A stretch of 64,000 nt of DNA, counting the filler, from Sphacelaria rigidula (Eukaryota), in assembly GCA_964200075.2 (NCBI GenBank). It is 11 parts of 11 records of this genome, joined end to end, with 100 filler letters (N's around TTAATTAATTAA, not from the genome) between each part and the next. Parts side by side here need not be neighbours in the genome. Positions count along the whole stretch, not along the records: positions 46,636 to 52,364 come from CAXNAA020024906.1; positions 52,465 to 58,192 come from CAXNAA020024907.1; positions 58,293 to 64,000 come from CAXNAA020025081.1; 8 more parts are not named here. The stretch is one strand, 5' to 3'. Shown in pieces: positions 49,433 to 62,300 of this stretch (the stretch's first letter is position 1; each line of letters begins with the position of its first letter). Made by a program: the position numbers and the translations under genes. The notes beneath the pieces are model-generated. The model had not been told where the DNA came from. It worked only from the letters and a program-made list of their open reading frames with translations, and searched no databases.

Positions 49433-50566
49433 ACACTAAGAGCTGCGCCAGCAGTAAATCCCGCATTCGCTGTCCACACTACAACGTCTCAAGTTTCCCA
49501 AATCAGCGGGACTTGAGCATATCGCTGTGAACTGCAGACAAACCTGGTAACACACGGCACCGCCGCTGCATGAAGAAAAAAAATGAACAAAGCGTACTGC
49601 ATAATATATATCCTTGACGACGGAACGAACAAAAAAAAATAATCTGTCGGGATTCGAAATCATTACCTCCATAACTGGAGTCTCCTGCATCACGTGAATG
49701 AAAGGGGCGCGGCCGTGTCACACGAAAAGTGCGATGCGGCGCCCAATTTGAGGTATTTTTGGCCGAAACTTGACCAGGATGTCCTGGATGCAAGTGCCCA
49801 CAACCTTGTTCTGGGTGCAGCCCTATTCCTCAATTTTTCACGAAGTTATAGCATATTTCCTGTTTTTGCTGAAACTTCAACTCGCTCCTACTTTCCGTTT
49901 GTTCGGTTTTGTCTGCATCCCCAATAGTGTTGCGCAGATTGATGATAAAAGTGTCGTATCAAATTTTTAGCGCCTAACTCTTCGGATTCTCAATCGCATC
50001 GCCAGAATTTCGTAGGGAATCACTGTCAGCTGGCCCAGCTCGTACCTCATAGGTATCTCATCATTCAAACACTACGTAGTGTGATGTCCCCTTTGCGCAA
50101 ACGCTGCCTGATGGGTGTCTCACCATTTAAACACTACAGAGTACAACCATCCCCTGTGCGCGGAGTTCTGGTTCTTCACCCCGCACAATGTGATCTAGCT
50201 CGACCAACATCATGGTTACCGCAAAAAAGATCAAGCGAGAAAGAAAACGGTAGCCCGATTTCCTGGCTTACGCAATGAGTAACTAAGGAACGGGAGGGGA
50301 AGGGGGAGGGGGGGCGGAAGGGTATTCATGATCACGCATATCGTAGTCATAAGACCAGGAGGGGGGGGAAGGGGTGTAAGTCATTTGTTGCTTGCCGTAG
50401 TCGTTTGACCATTGACCACGCATCCCTTTCGAGACGGAGCACCGGGAAGGGGGGGGTGATGTGGATACCGCCACATGGGAGAGGAAAATTCCCGCAAGTG
50501 TCCGTCGAGGATTATTCTCTTCAGGAGGAGTGTAGATTCTTGTGGGCGTAGTTTTCGATTTGTGAA

Positions 50567-51035
50567 GCGCGCGAGAGAGAGACACCGCACAAAAGACAGA
50601 CCGTCCGTCAAGCCGAAGGGCTACTTCGCGCTGTGACTACAGACGGCAGAGCAACGCGGCACGCGCACCATGCATCTCGGGAACGTATCGCCCCTCCCGC
50701 TGGAGTACTCGGACTACGTGAAGACTGGCTTGAAGGCCCTTCTCGACAACGATGACATAAGTCACAACACAACGGTTGACACGCATGCGGAACGCCTACA
50801 CGATGCACGCGTTCCACATGTTGTGGACAGTTTTGTTGGGACTGCTGGCGTCGTGATCTGGGAGGATGTTGAAGCTGCTCTGTACGTAATCCGAGTACTC
50901 CAGCGAGAGGGGTAACACGTTGCCGAGATTTATGGTGCGCGTGCCGTGCTGCTTTGCTGTCGATAGTCACAGCACGTAGTGGCCCTTTCGCTTGATGGAC
51001 GGTCTGTCTTCTGTACGCTGTCTCTCGTTCGCGCG
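50567..51035. repeat. ~470-bp diverged inverted repeat (foldback) with a ~12-nt loop
   Basis: 50567-50796 is the reverse complement of 50809-51035 along its whole length (e.g. AAGACAGACCGTCC / GGACGGTCTGTCTT; CGCTGGAGTACTCGGA / TCCGAGTACTCCAGCG). Confidence 0.9.
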
Positions 51036-51664
51036 TGCTCCAGGATTTGAAGGCACGTCTCGCCACTGCTGTTGCTGCGGTTCACACATGTGCTCCCCCA
51101 CCCCCGCCCCCCATCGCTTGTTTTGTTCTTCTGTAAGGCGTAAGCGTCACCGCTTTAATTTAATTTTGGTTTGCAGTTGTGTTTCGCCTTTTTTTGTTTC
51201 GTGGGGCAGAAGGATGACGGCAGTGTTATCTTTCAGCGCACGGGGTGACATCAATATGTATTTGTGTGTGTGAAGACAGCAGTTGGTGATGCTGCATGCG
51301 GCTTCGACAACATGTCGCATGGAAAGCGAAATTGTCGTGGGATGTTGGAAATACATTCGTTTTATGCTCCGTTTCCCCTTAGTTCTGACGACTTGGCTTT
51401 TGTAAAAAGTATGAGATCTCTACAACATGGAGATTGTGCGGCAAGAGGTACAATGCCCGCCGGACCCCAGAATCTAATGCCAGACAAATAGCAACGGCGC
51501 ATCAGCGCACGCGACATAACATCTAATGACGACGAAGTGAGAACAGGGGGGGGAGGGTTGTAAACACACGAATGTTAAAGGGCGCACACCTCCCCAAGAC
51601 GAACGTCTCGCATAAGTACAGGTGGAATAGCACACAAACCACGTACATCCAAAACAAAGGAGGC

Positions 51665-51985
51665 GAAGGGGGAAAAGGGGTGTACTTATGATCTTGCATG
51701 GCGCAGTCATGAGACCATTGACCTGGCATCCCTACTAAGCTGGGACGAAGCACGCCGGGTGTTCGCCGGATCAGGCTCGCGATCAATCACGAATCGTGAA
51801 GCGCCGTGATGTGTTCGGCGAGTCGCATGGAGGGTGAGCTGCATCCTACTGAGATTGTTCGGTCCGAAGCCTACTGGTCATATTGTATTTGGATGACAGC
51901 CTACCATGAACTGCTTCATTTTCTGGTATCGCCACTTCTAGATACAGCCACGGGTTACACTGCCTTATGGGTGTAGGAAGGGGAG
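51665..51985 (-). mobile_element. C-run-flanked element, near full-length copy
   Basis: GGGGTGTACTTATGATC...CAGCCACGGGTTACACTGCCTTATGGGTGT, with G-rich flanks on both sides. Confidence 0.8.
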
Positions 51986-52464
51986 CTGCTGCTGTACAAG
52001 TGATGATAATTGCCACTGTACACGCGGCGGAGCTACTGCTGTACAGGTAGCAGGGTAGTGTGCACAGTGAGCAGAACCATAACTGCACGGGCAGCAGCAG
52101 TTGTACAACACTGGTAATTTTTTCTATCGTTTCCTCGCCGCAATTCAAGACACCGAGAGCCTACTGCCGTAAAACCACACAACGGCCACAACTCACAAGT
52201 GATCAATATCCTAAGCTCACGTTGTACTCTGCTGGGTGGCATTGTCGCCCAAATGCGTCGCACTTTTTTTTTTGTCGCACTTTGAACCCTCCCCCCCTCC
52301 CCGGGGTGGCCCCCTGCTCTCAAGGGGTCAACCCGATGCCCCCCGGAACCCGCCTAGCCTTCCTNNNNNNNNNNNNNNNNNNNNNNNNNNNNNNNNNNNN
52401 NNNNNNNNTTAATTAATTAANNNNNNNNNNNNNNNNNNNNNNNNNNNNNNNNNNNNNNNNNNNN

Positions 52465-52615
52465 TGCTAAGATTGTCGGCCCGAAGCCTACTGATTATCT
52501 TGCATTTGGATGACAGCCTACAATGAGTTGCTTCACCATCTGGTATCGCCACTTCCAAAGACAGCCACGGCTTATACACTGCCTCATGGGTGTTTTACCA
52601 TGGGGGGGGGGGGCG
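52465..52615 (-). mobile_element. C-run-flanked element, 5' part defining the apparent 5' end
   Basis: ...GACAGCCACGGCTTATACACTGCCTCATGGGTGTTTTACCAT followed by a G run. Confidence 0.75.
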
Positions 52616-52780
52616 ATCTTCAACGCAGGGAATACGTGTATGATCGTACTTGAATGTACTCGACACGGTACACGAAAGCAGGACCAAGTGGCTCGAGCAT
52701 GAGCTTTGCAACACCTTGTACACAAGGATTACGGCACACACTGGAAAATTACAGGCTACGACTTCGAGCAGACTATATCA

Positions 52781-52972
52781 TGTGTCATCATCCCATCTAT
52801 TCTGAACACCAGTCTACACCTTTCGGTAGGCCGGGGTCACACAGGAGGAAGATGAACGCTGAGGTTTTATTTCATACTCCACCCTACTTCTGGCGCGTTG
52901 GCACTTTTTACTATACGAGAAGGGTTCAGCGGTTATTCCCCTTCTTCGACTGTGAGCTCGATTTCTTGTGAA
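52781..52972 (-). mobile_element. SINE family A body
   Basis: TCCCATCTATTCTG..GTCTACACCTTTCGGTA..GCCGGGGTCACACAGGAGGAAG.. Confidence 0.7.
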
Positions 52973-53110
52973 ACCACGACTTACGACTAGGCTTTAGCTT
53001 TGTAAGCCGTTTTTTCAATCAACCCTCTTGGGACTGGACCCCCACCAACACAGGGTTGATTCTGTGACGGTGAAATAATAAAAAATATATGTCGGTTCTT
53101 GTTCAATTAA

Positions 53111-54144
53111 CCCTTTTGGGACCGGACCCCCACTAACACAGGGTTGACCCTGTGATAGTGAAATAATAAAAATATATGTCTTTAAGCGACCTGCCGAATC
53201 ACGGTGAGGCGAAATTTATCGACTAGACCAGAACGATCAGCACAGGGATTGTTGTCGAGTGTAATGCCACTGCAAAGATCGTGTGGGGGCCCTATCCCTG
53301 GCCCAGAAAAGCCTCCCCAGGTTTTTAAGTGCAGGGTGGTCGCAGCTTGGTTTTATGGTATTACTCGCTCTCAGTAAATCGCTCCCGAGTTTTTCCGCAT
53401 TGTTTTTTGGGTCCCAATTCTTCACGAAAACATAGTAATTTACATCAACATAGGGTGGACAAGAAAAAAACGGGAAGGAGTGTACATGCCACCATGGGGT
53501 CATTTTCACGAGGCACAAAATCCAGGTGGGCTGTGGAAAGACAAAAGGAGCTAGCGTAATGAATTCTGCGTATCCCTCTGCCGATGACATGCAGTGCGCA
53601 GTCCACATGTATGTAGTGGACGGGAATGACAAAGCTGTTGATAGGCAGCTGATTTCGGTAGCTGAGAATTGCCGAGAACGTGCAAGGGAGTATGCAGCAG
53701 CAGCTGCTGCTGCTTCAGTCGGAGAGGCGTACCATACTGTACTGTACTGTACTATACTGTTGTGTGGATGCGCGCCGCAACGCTAATACCCTTCGAAAAG
53801 AATATTTGCCGCATGCAACAAGGGGCGAAATGGCGGCCCACCCCGGCCACAAAGGGCTACGTGGCAAGGTGATGAGGACAAAAGTGTCATCCAAACCCAC
53901 ATGTCGCCGCATCCTGTTGGAAGCTCTTTACCACGGCTCATACCGCTTGCTATATCAGATGCACACCACCTGATGCGCACCCTGCACCTGAAAACAGGTT
54001 GGATGAAACTTTCGGTCTTCGTCATAACAACCCTGCGGTTACGTACGCGTATTTTCAGCAACACGCCACTGTTCCGTGCAGACGCCAGACACGTCATTCC
54101 TGACCAGCTTCATTGGTCGTTCTGGAGGCCCGGTCCCGAAAGGG
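53111..54144 (+). mobile_element. ~1-kb non-autonomous piggyBac element with a transposase C-terminal cysteine-rich relic
   Basis: TTAA-CCCTTTTGGGACCGG...CCGGTCCCGAAAGGG-TTAA (perfect TTAA TSD). 53805-53935 reads, with frameshifts, C..CNKGRNGGPPRPQRATWQ..KCHPNPHVAASCWKL(Y)H. The left end is tandemly duplicated at ~53023-53093. Confidence 0.8.
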
Positions 54145-56420
54145 TTAAGCTCCTTTTTTTTATATGGGCTTCCCCCCTCGTTTCATGCTTTCTTTATACT
54201 GTACAACGTACATCGGGTCCCATGGCACACCTTTTGTGCAAAATCTTATTGATATTTTTCAAGTCAACATTGTATGAAATATATGAAATACACAGAGGAG
54301 CGTTTTTCGGATCAGACCCGCAACCATGTCAGTTTGGAGTATTGAGTATGGAAGCCTGTCTGGTGACGAGTGACGAGTGACGAGTGGCGAGTCACGCCAC
54401 AGGCCACAGGGGGCACTTTCAGGCTTTCAGGCAGCTGATACAGTGGCTTCAGGAGGCGCATGAAAAACATCGCAATTTTATGCGCGTTCCGAGAACATTT
54501 CAAGCTTTTCCAACATTTCAAGCTCTTCTTAAACTTTTCGAAAAAAGGCTCATTTATGCCCGAAGACCCCCAAATTAAGCTAAACTTTGAGCGCGCTTAC
54601 GGAGCTGAAGCCTACTCACGAGCTGGGCCGGCCGCAAAATTGAAAATCCTCCCGACGAACATACCTCAAGAACCGCGGCGAGATATCGCTAAGTAATCAT
54701 ATCCCTGTGATCGGAGATCGCGACGCGTATGCATGTGCTTAAGCACAGGGTGAAACTGTACAAAAATGCGGGGGAACTAGTGCTCGAAAATGCGGCGTGA
54801 TTTTTTGTGTTCACGGGTGATGTTTGCGTACCACACGCTTGTACATTGCGCACGCTCCCTGCCATGGTGTCAAGCTCGCCGGGTGTTCAGCGATGAGAGA
54901 GGACCTCTCTTCCTACCATATACCACAATAAGGTTATGATACAAGACCAAAAGAGAGTAGGGATGGCGACGACAAAAAGTGCGTGAATCATGTACCTTGA
55001 GATACCACGTTGATGTGTGGTGCTTTGTTTTTAGGTGAAGCCTTCGTTTCAAATGTATCTCGTTACACGTATAATATTTCAGTATAACGGCGTCTCGTAC
55101 AGCCGCGGAATCGTTCGCGCTCCATCCGTGAATACTAACCATCGTTTCAAAGCATACATTGCTCCGAGATCAGCCCCAGAAACTCCGGCTATAATACTAT
55201 TCCGAGAGGAGGCCTCGCGATTCAGGTCTTGCAAGGTGTGGTGCACGAAGTACGACGCACCTAGTGCGGATGTGGCACTCGTGCATGTGGACATCACCAA
55301 CCGAATGGCAACCTCATGCTGCGCTAACGTTTGAAATATTTCATCGTCCCACGGGAGCAGAATCGCCGGTACTTTCTTCCTGCCGAATATTTGGGCGCGT
55401 GCAGTGCTTAACCTACTATATTATCGACACCCCAGTTTTTCTTTCATCATCTTCTACATCCCTCTCCTTCCTCGACGGGTCTATGGTCTCAAGGGATCAA
55501 TCCATCTCTCCTGACCTCTTCACGCTTTTGATCGTGATAATCACGCATCCCGGGGAAAAAGAAATGCGTCTGACGAGAATCGAACCCATGTTCTCTTCAC
55601 CCTGACAGTGGCAACCCGACCATTGGGCCACCGGTGCGCTTCCTTCACGCGAAAACACTGAAACGTCGATGCGCAGCTCGATTTCTCGAATCTCGGAGTG
55701 ATATCTCTGGCACCAGAGAAACCGCACTCAGACCTACTCTGTCAAAAGTGTCTTATTTTTTTTTTCTTCTCCTCGCTCGAACTGATAATAAGATATTTCA
55801 AATTAGCTAGAAAAAACAAAAAAAACAGAAGCTAGGCTTGAAAAACAAAAATGGACAGCTTTGGCACGGTAGATCCAAGTGTTGTTTCTCTGGTGTCAAA
55901 ATATCACCCCAAAAATCGGAAAATTGAGCCGCGCGTGGCCTGTGGACTGTGGGGACAGAGCCTAAGCCGACCAAGCTCGTAGTCGCTCTGCACTGTTGCA
56001 CATGATGTGAGAAAAAATCCAAATTGTGTAGCTTCACCAAGATTTGAGATCACGCTCCAACCGTCAGAAGGTTTCGAAGTTACGAACTGAGCCACCGAGG
56101 TAACCGGCTCAGTTGCAAACTGAAAAAAAAAAAATGCAGTTGAGAACGGGCATGCTGCATGGAAACGAAAGTTCTGGGAAGCTGATTTCCAGCGGGCGTG
56201 CCCCGAGCATCGTGTGGTTCGTGTAACCTGGCCGGTGTAGCTTGGAACCTTCGTATGACGATTGGTGGGTAACCAATGACACCGTTCTCGTGGGGGGCTA
56301 ACAGGAGTGAATATATCGTGGATCCACCTCTACATTCAGAAATAACGAAGGTTGGCGGCGAAACGGCCGAGGGTTGACAATACGTTGAGGTCAGATATAC
56401 TACGAGACAACTGATCGAGC

Positions 56421-56595
56421 TCATGCCCTTGCTTCGACACTCACCTTAACCACAACAGTCTCCCCGAGCTCCATCGAGAGCCCAACCTCAAACGCGGGCA
56501 ACGTAACTCCAAGCCCCAGCAGCAGAAGATTGTAAATGACCTTGCCCCCCTTCTCCCTGCTATCTCGGTACGACAAGACGTACGCCTCCATCTCC
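56421..56595 (-). pseudogene. FKBP-type peptidyl-prolyl isomerase-like fragment (exon or relic)
   Basis: DSREKGG..LLGLGVTLPAFEVGLSMELGETVVVKV resembles FKBP DSxxxxxPxxFxLGxGxVIxGxExGxxxMxxGE. A T-tract and CAG acceptor precede it, and a stop falls where AYG is expected. Confidence 0.4.
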
Positions 56596-56621
56596 CTGTC
56601 AAGAATGCACGAAAAAAAAAA

Positions 56622-56956
56622 AAACAGCTGCATCACCATCATCTCCCAGGACATTTCCGGCCAATTTGACCGCGTCTGGAGAAAAAATGTTGCAAAATTA
56701 AAGAGCACGGCTCAGCGTGGTGCAAATAAAAAATGTGCCCAACCGATGCTGAGGAATCTCGCAGATGGAAGCTTCAACAAAGAAGAGAGCGTCGGCAGCT
56801 CCCGACGTTCATGCGGGGCAAGTGCACTATAAAATTGCTCACCCACACCATCTCCACGGAAGAATAAACAACTGTATCACCATTATCTTCCAGGACATTT
56901 CCAGCCAACATGACCGCGTGTAGAGAACAAATGTTGCAAAATCAAGGAGCACGGCT
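56622..56956. repeat. Two ~90-bp direct repeats about 245 bp apart
   Basis: CTG.ATCACCAT.ATCT.CCAGGACATTTCC.GCCAA..TGACCGCGT..AGA..AAATGTTGCAAAAT.AA.GAGCACGGCT at ~56622-56712 and ~56867-56956. Confidence 0.8.
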
Positions 56957-59369
56957 GTGATATCGGAAAGCTAATCTTCTACCAGAATTTGATTATAAAA
57001 AAAAAAGGGACAACGGTTTGATGCGGATATTCTCACACGTGAAAACGTAATTGATCAGCTTGCCAACGGGACGCACGGTGTTCCCAAAAAGCCGACACTT
57101 TCAGTCGAACCTTGTCTCCACTTAGTTACCGCTACATAACAGTGACCAGACTTGTTCGTATGAACTGCACGAAGCACGTATTGTTTTCCCACCCACCATT
57201 GCAGGCGCTAACTTCGACATACATGATACATGAGAATCGACGAGAGATTCTGCAGCAAGAGAGGCGATACCACGTCGCAACAACAGCTACAGCACCAACG
57301 ACGGTAATGAGAATACGTCGTAACAAAATACATTTATACGCTCTGACACTCAGTGATCAGAGGTGGTGGTGAACGAGGATGCGGTGGCACTCCGCAGAAA
57401 TGGTAGCCAGCCTCCACCCAGAGCCAAAGCCGGTTTGCCATTGACTAAATCGACACCAGCAGACGGTGAGGATGGTAACGGTGGTTGTGGAGTACAATAC
57501 CCACGAGTATAACACATCGGGATGTAAAAATAAACAAGAGCATAACCAAACACATGGGGGAAAGCCTGTGGAGAAAAAAATCAGCACACTTTCCGAAGCT
57601 TTGCTTTCAAAGACGCCGTACACTTGTGCCTTTTACCCCGTGACGGTACACCACGAGGTTTCGTACCGGTTTCCACGGCGATTGTTTCACCGTTCCGACC
57701 GTGGAATGAAATGCTCTTTAGGAATTTTCGAAGTAGCGCAGGGAGCCCGCGCGGAAAAAATGACTGTTCCGCGACGAAAACCAGGGGTGGCTGATATATA
57801 CCAGTCAAACATATTCAAAGGTGAACATGTGGAAACACCGCACAAATCAAAGCTCGAGCATTCGCATTAAGGAGCAACTTTCACGCATGTCCACAGCGAC
57901 GTACATACACGGTGGAAATATGGACGCACCTCCAACTACCAAAGGAGTGAAATTGATTGACGGAGAAAAAACGAAACACACCCTCACCTTCCAACCATCC
58001 TCGACAGGAACTCCAATACCCAGTATTGGCTCGATAACCGCATTACCTGGTGGAAGATAAAAAGAAGCAGTGGCGCAATCGCGGGTTGGGACACACGACG
58101 AAGCAAGATCAAGGCAGGCGAGGAAAAGATCCATTACCGGGGCGAGGGGAGGGGGGGGGTTTACTCATGATCATGCATGCCATAGTCATCAGNNNNNNNN
58201 NNNNNNNNNNNNNNNNNNNNNNNNNNNNNNNNNNNNTTAATTAATTAANNNNNNNNNNNNNNNNNNNNNNNNNNNNNNNNNNNNNNNNNNNNACAATAAA
58301 GGACAAAAAATATATTGTGCGCGTGCCCGGTTTAGTGCGGGTGAAATCGCCTGTCCCATACCCGCACTATACAGGGCCACCTACTGTATGCGATATACCC
58401 AATAGTCGATCTGTACGCAGTATAGGGTACAAGTACTGTCCGCGACCTTTCACACGTGCGGATAGTCAAGGTGTGCCTTTTTTGCTCCACGAAATAATAG
58501 GAGGGGATCAATGAAAGATACGACCGTGCCAAGAAATGCAAAATCGCCGCCGACAGAAGGCAATGATCGAGGAAAACAGAGACGAGCAAAATACAGTGAA
58601 CTTTCGGGTTTGTTCCGAGTGCAGGACAGCTCTGGTGGACTACCCACCACAACTTCGCAGTTGTGCACAGTGCCATCCGCCTCGGTGCACTCGTAAGGAG
58701 ACGACACGGTACGGCGTCGTCAAAAAACGACGTCGGATCACAGATCACCCTGGATAACAGATTACACCGTCAAAACGTGTAGTCGGAAGAGTGGAGTCGT
58801 AGCTAGTGTGCGGGGTGGTAGATCAAGATTCCTCGGTGTCGTGCAGTGCAGACCCGCAACTTTCGAACAAGATGGAACTTTCTCTGTACAGGTATTCATC
58901 AGTCGTAACCGACGGGGTACGCAATGCCCACTTGAAGCTTTATCAATATGCTGTACAGGACATCTATGTTTTTATAGTGCCGTTGTGCGGTAACCATCCG
59001 AGGAGGTCTTTCTTCTACGGAGAACCTGAGAGGACACGCGCATGAACATGTATACTTACGGGACACGGCGGATACGTATCTATAGGTAGGTGTGTGGTGT
59101 GTCTTGCCGCATCCTATTTGACGTATCGTTCCGTGATACAGTAGTCGCTCCTCTTCTACCGGCTTATAGATCGTCTCGGAGGGTTGTGCTGTGTCTACCT
59201 AGCGTCTTTCCTCTCCTTTCCTTTCCGCTCCTTTCCTCTCTACCCTGTTCTCCCTATCGGGTGCGGTGTTTGACTTTGTTTGTAGCAAGCACGTTTCTCG
59301 TCCGCTACGGAGCCGTTTGCAACGTACCATGGCTTGAACTATGGCTAGGGGCTGTGTTAGGTTACTATA

Positions 59370-62300
59370 TTCCAGGTGTGCCTGTGTCTACACGAGGCTC
59401 ATGGGACGAACGCTGACAAGTACTAGAAAAATCGCGGCATGCATGTGATGACTGAATGCAAGCCATGACTGACGACTTCGATCGCCCAAATTCTTGCCGT
59501 ATTTACATTTCTTGATGTACGCCACCACAGCTCTGTACAGCCACATCGACCGACAAACGTGTAGATATCTACCGTCCGCCCGCCTGCGATACCCCAAAGC
59601 AACGGCAGTTTACCAATGCAATACGACTTATATATATTACTGTCGGTGGTGAGAATTATAGGCCTCTGCCAGACGTTCTGGACACGAGGACTTTCAACGA
59701 GGGACTCCTCCAGCATGACTGACCTCGTGCTCGACGAGTCTTTTCTTCTAACTGGTTGTGATCACGGAGTGATCCTCAGAAGATCACATCACGAGCCAAG
59801 CAACAAGGGGCCACACAGAAAAGGGCCATCAACCCATGATCCCTTGTCCCCTGCCACTGCTCCAATCATGCGTGCGATGATACTGAAACCTACGGCTTGG
59901 TATTATTTGGCTATACCCTGAGCAAGCTCGCGTTTAGTTTCGCGACACACCGCGACAGCAGCTTGCACTTCGTTACACAACCTCACTTGCTCGTCAAACA
60001 CGCCTCGAACCTTCTCACGCAACGTATCAGCATCCATGACATCGACGTTTCACTCGCCGCCAGTGACAGAAACCAGCGCGGAAAACGCGGTACGTGGCGC
60101 ACGCCCACACATCGCACAACACGGAGTGTTACGGTAGCCCCCACGAAAAGAAGTATTCAACGCCCACTGAGCGGCTGTAAAACATCAACCCATTGAGACA
60201 CCGGCCGTCTCTGTTCCGACAAAATGGACCGCAACGCACGAATAACCTCTTTCACCATGCGTTCACAAGCACCGTTCAAGGGGTATACGCAACAGAAAAT
60301 TGGTGTTGCACCTTGAGCGCATCGCTCAGCTGCGCGATCACGCGATTCTTGAAGCGCGTGGCGGTATCACTCACCTACACACGCGGCACTCCCGAAGTCT
60401 TGCACCAATGCAGCAAGTGCTCTGCCGTAACCTCGGCGGTGCAAGCCTCGGTCGGCTCCAACAAAACGGAATTGGACAAATCATCCATGATAACCAAAAC
60501 GTACCGAAAACCATCCTCCTCAGGCAGACCATCAGCACCTTCAGGCCCGCCACTTCCGACGTACAGAAAATCAAAGTGAACGACTTCACCTGGCGCAGTA
60601 CCATGCACAGTATCGCCATGCGGACGAGGTACAATCGCACCAGCACGAGTGTCTACACAGTGCAAACACTGGCGAACGAACTCGCAAACGTGGGAATCCA
60701 TGTGAGGCCACACACCGTATTCTTTCAAACGAAACAGAGTCGGCGCCACATCACGTTGACCGCCCGATCGCATGCGAGCGCACACCATCAAGCGAGCTTG
60801 TAGAGCCTCATCCGACAGAATCCACAAATTATCACTACTGCCACCACGCACGCGAAATACACCATCGTCAGCCATAGTAGCTTGACCGAAAGTCGTAGGA
60901 AAGGAATAAACAGCGTCGCCGACTGTTATGCGCTGCGCGGTACGAATGATATCTAACGAGGGCAGCGAACAATCGGCATCACACACGCTGTACACGGCAA
61001 CAGAAGGAACAGGCACGAGAGGGACCTTGACCCAGCGAGACGACAAATCTCCCCGACAATTGCGCTCTCCAGGAATGTGTTCGATGGCATACCGATATTG
61101 GCCGAGCACACCTTTCAATTTTTCAAGCCGCCGCGCCATGGCCTTCGTCACCGATGTGACACACTCTTCGGGGTTAAAATGTATTTCAGATTGCGATGAT
61201 CGGTGAAAATGCGAACACCACCCCAAAGTAGGTACTCCAGCCTTCGAAATGTATTGACTATCGCGAAACCTTCTTTGTCCACTGTCGCCCACCGCAACTG
61301 TGAACCCTTGAAGCTACCACTCAGAAAAGCCAACGGTTCGTGTGAGATGTTTTCGAGCGCAATGTCACCACTAAACTCTGCGACAGGCACTTGCGTCAAA
61401 AAACTACCCCAGTGGAAATTCGAAGCATCTGAAAATATCAGAAGAGCGCACCCTGGACGAGGATGATACAGCGGCACCGCTTGCGCCACCAAATCTTGCG
61501 CAGCACGCCATGCCCGCACACGATCCTCCGTCCAAGCGCCCTCAGGGATGTTACGATCACGCGCCATCCGCTTGGTCCGACGCGAAGCCCCGACCATGAG
61601 TTGTTCCAAAAGCACACGAAACGGCGCAACTTCCTCCGCCATGCGCGGGAGCGAAGTCCGCAACCATTTCACCGCCTGCAGAAATTGCATCAGCTCACAA
61701 GCGGTTTGAGGACGTCGCATATTGCTCAAACCTTGGATGGGGACGGGATCATGCGAAACTGTATCCTTGAAGTATATCCTACCACACCAAATCACTTCGC
61801 GGGCCAGAAAGGTGCACTTATGCGCAGCGACGAACAGACCAACACTCTCCAAGCGACCAAGAATTTCGTCAAGCAAAGCTTACAAAGCTTCTTTGGTTTC
61901 AGCGAAGTAGAAAATGTCATCCACCCACACTTTACAGTTTAGACCTCGCAAAATTTCAGTCAAAACCCCTTGGAAATACGCCGCGGCGTTCAAAACGCCC
62001 TGCGGGACACGAGTAGGCGTAAAACAAACCGTCAGGCGTGACGATTGTGAAAATCTCCTGAGCCTCCGGCGCCAGAGGTATCTGCGAATACTCCTGGAGC
62101 AGGTCCAACTTGGCGAAGCATTGGACTCCCAGCAACTCCCGTATGTCTTCTTGGTTTGGCATCGCCCCCGGAGACTGTTCCACTTGCGCGTTCACCGCCT
62201 GATAGTCGCTGACCAAACGGAATGTGTCCCTCTTTGGCACCGCCATCGCCGGACTGACCCACACAGCCTTGATGTTCCTAACCACCGAACCAAAGGCCAC

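Noticed and set aside
55555..55640. tRNA-Asp gene (and tRNA-like sequences at 5831, 46011, 48550, 56050)
   Set aside because: A/B boxes are present but I could not form a clean cloverleaf, and most are attached to shared SINE bodies.
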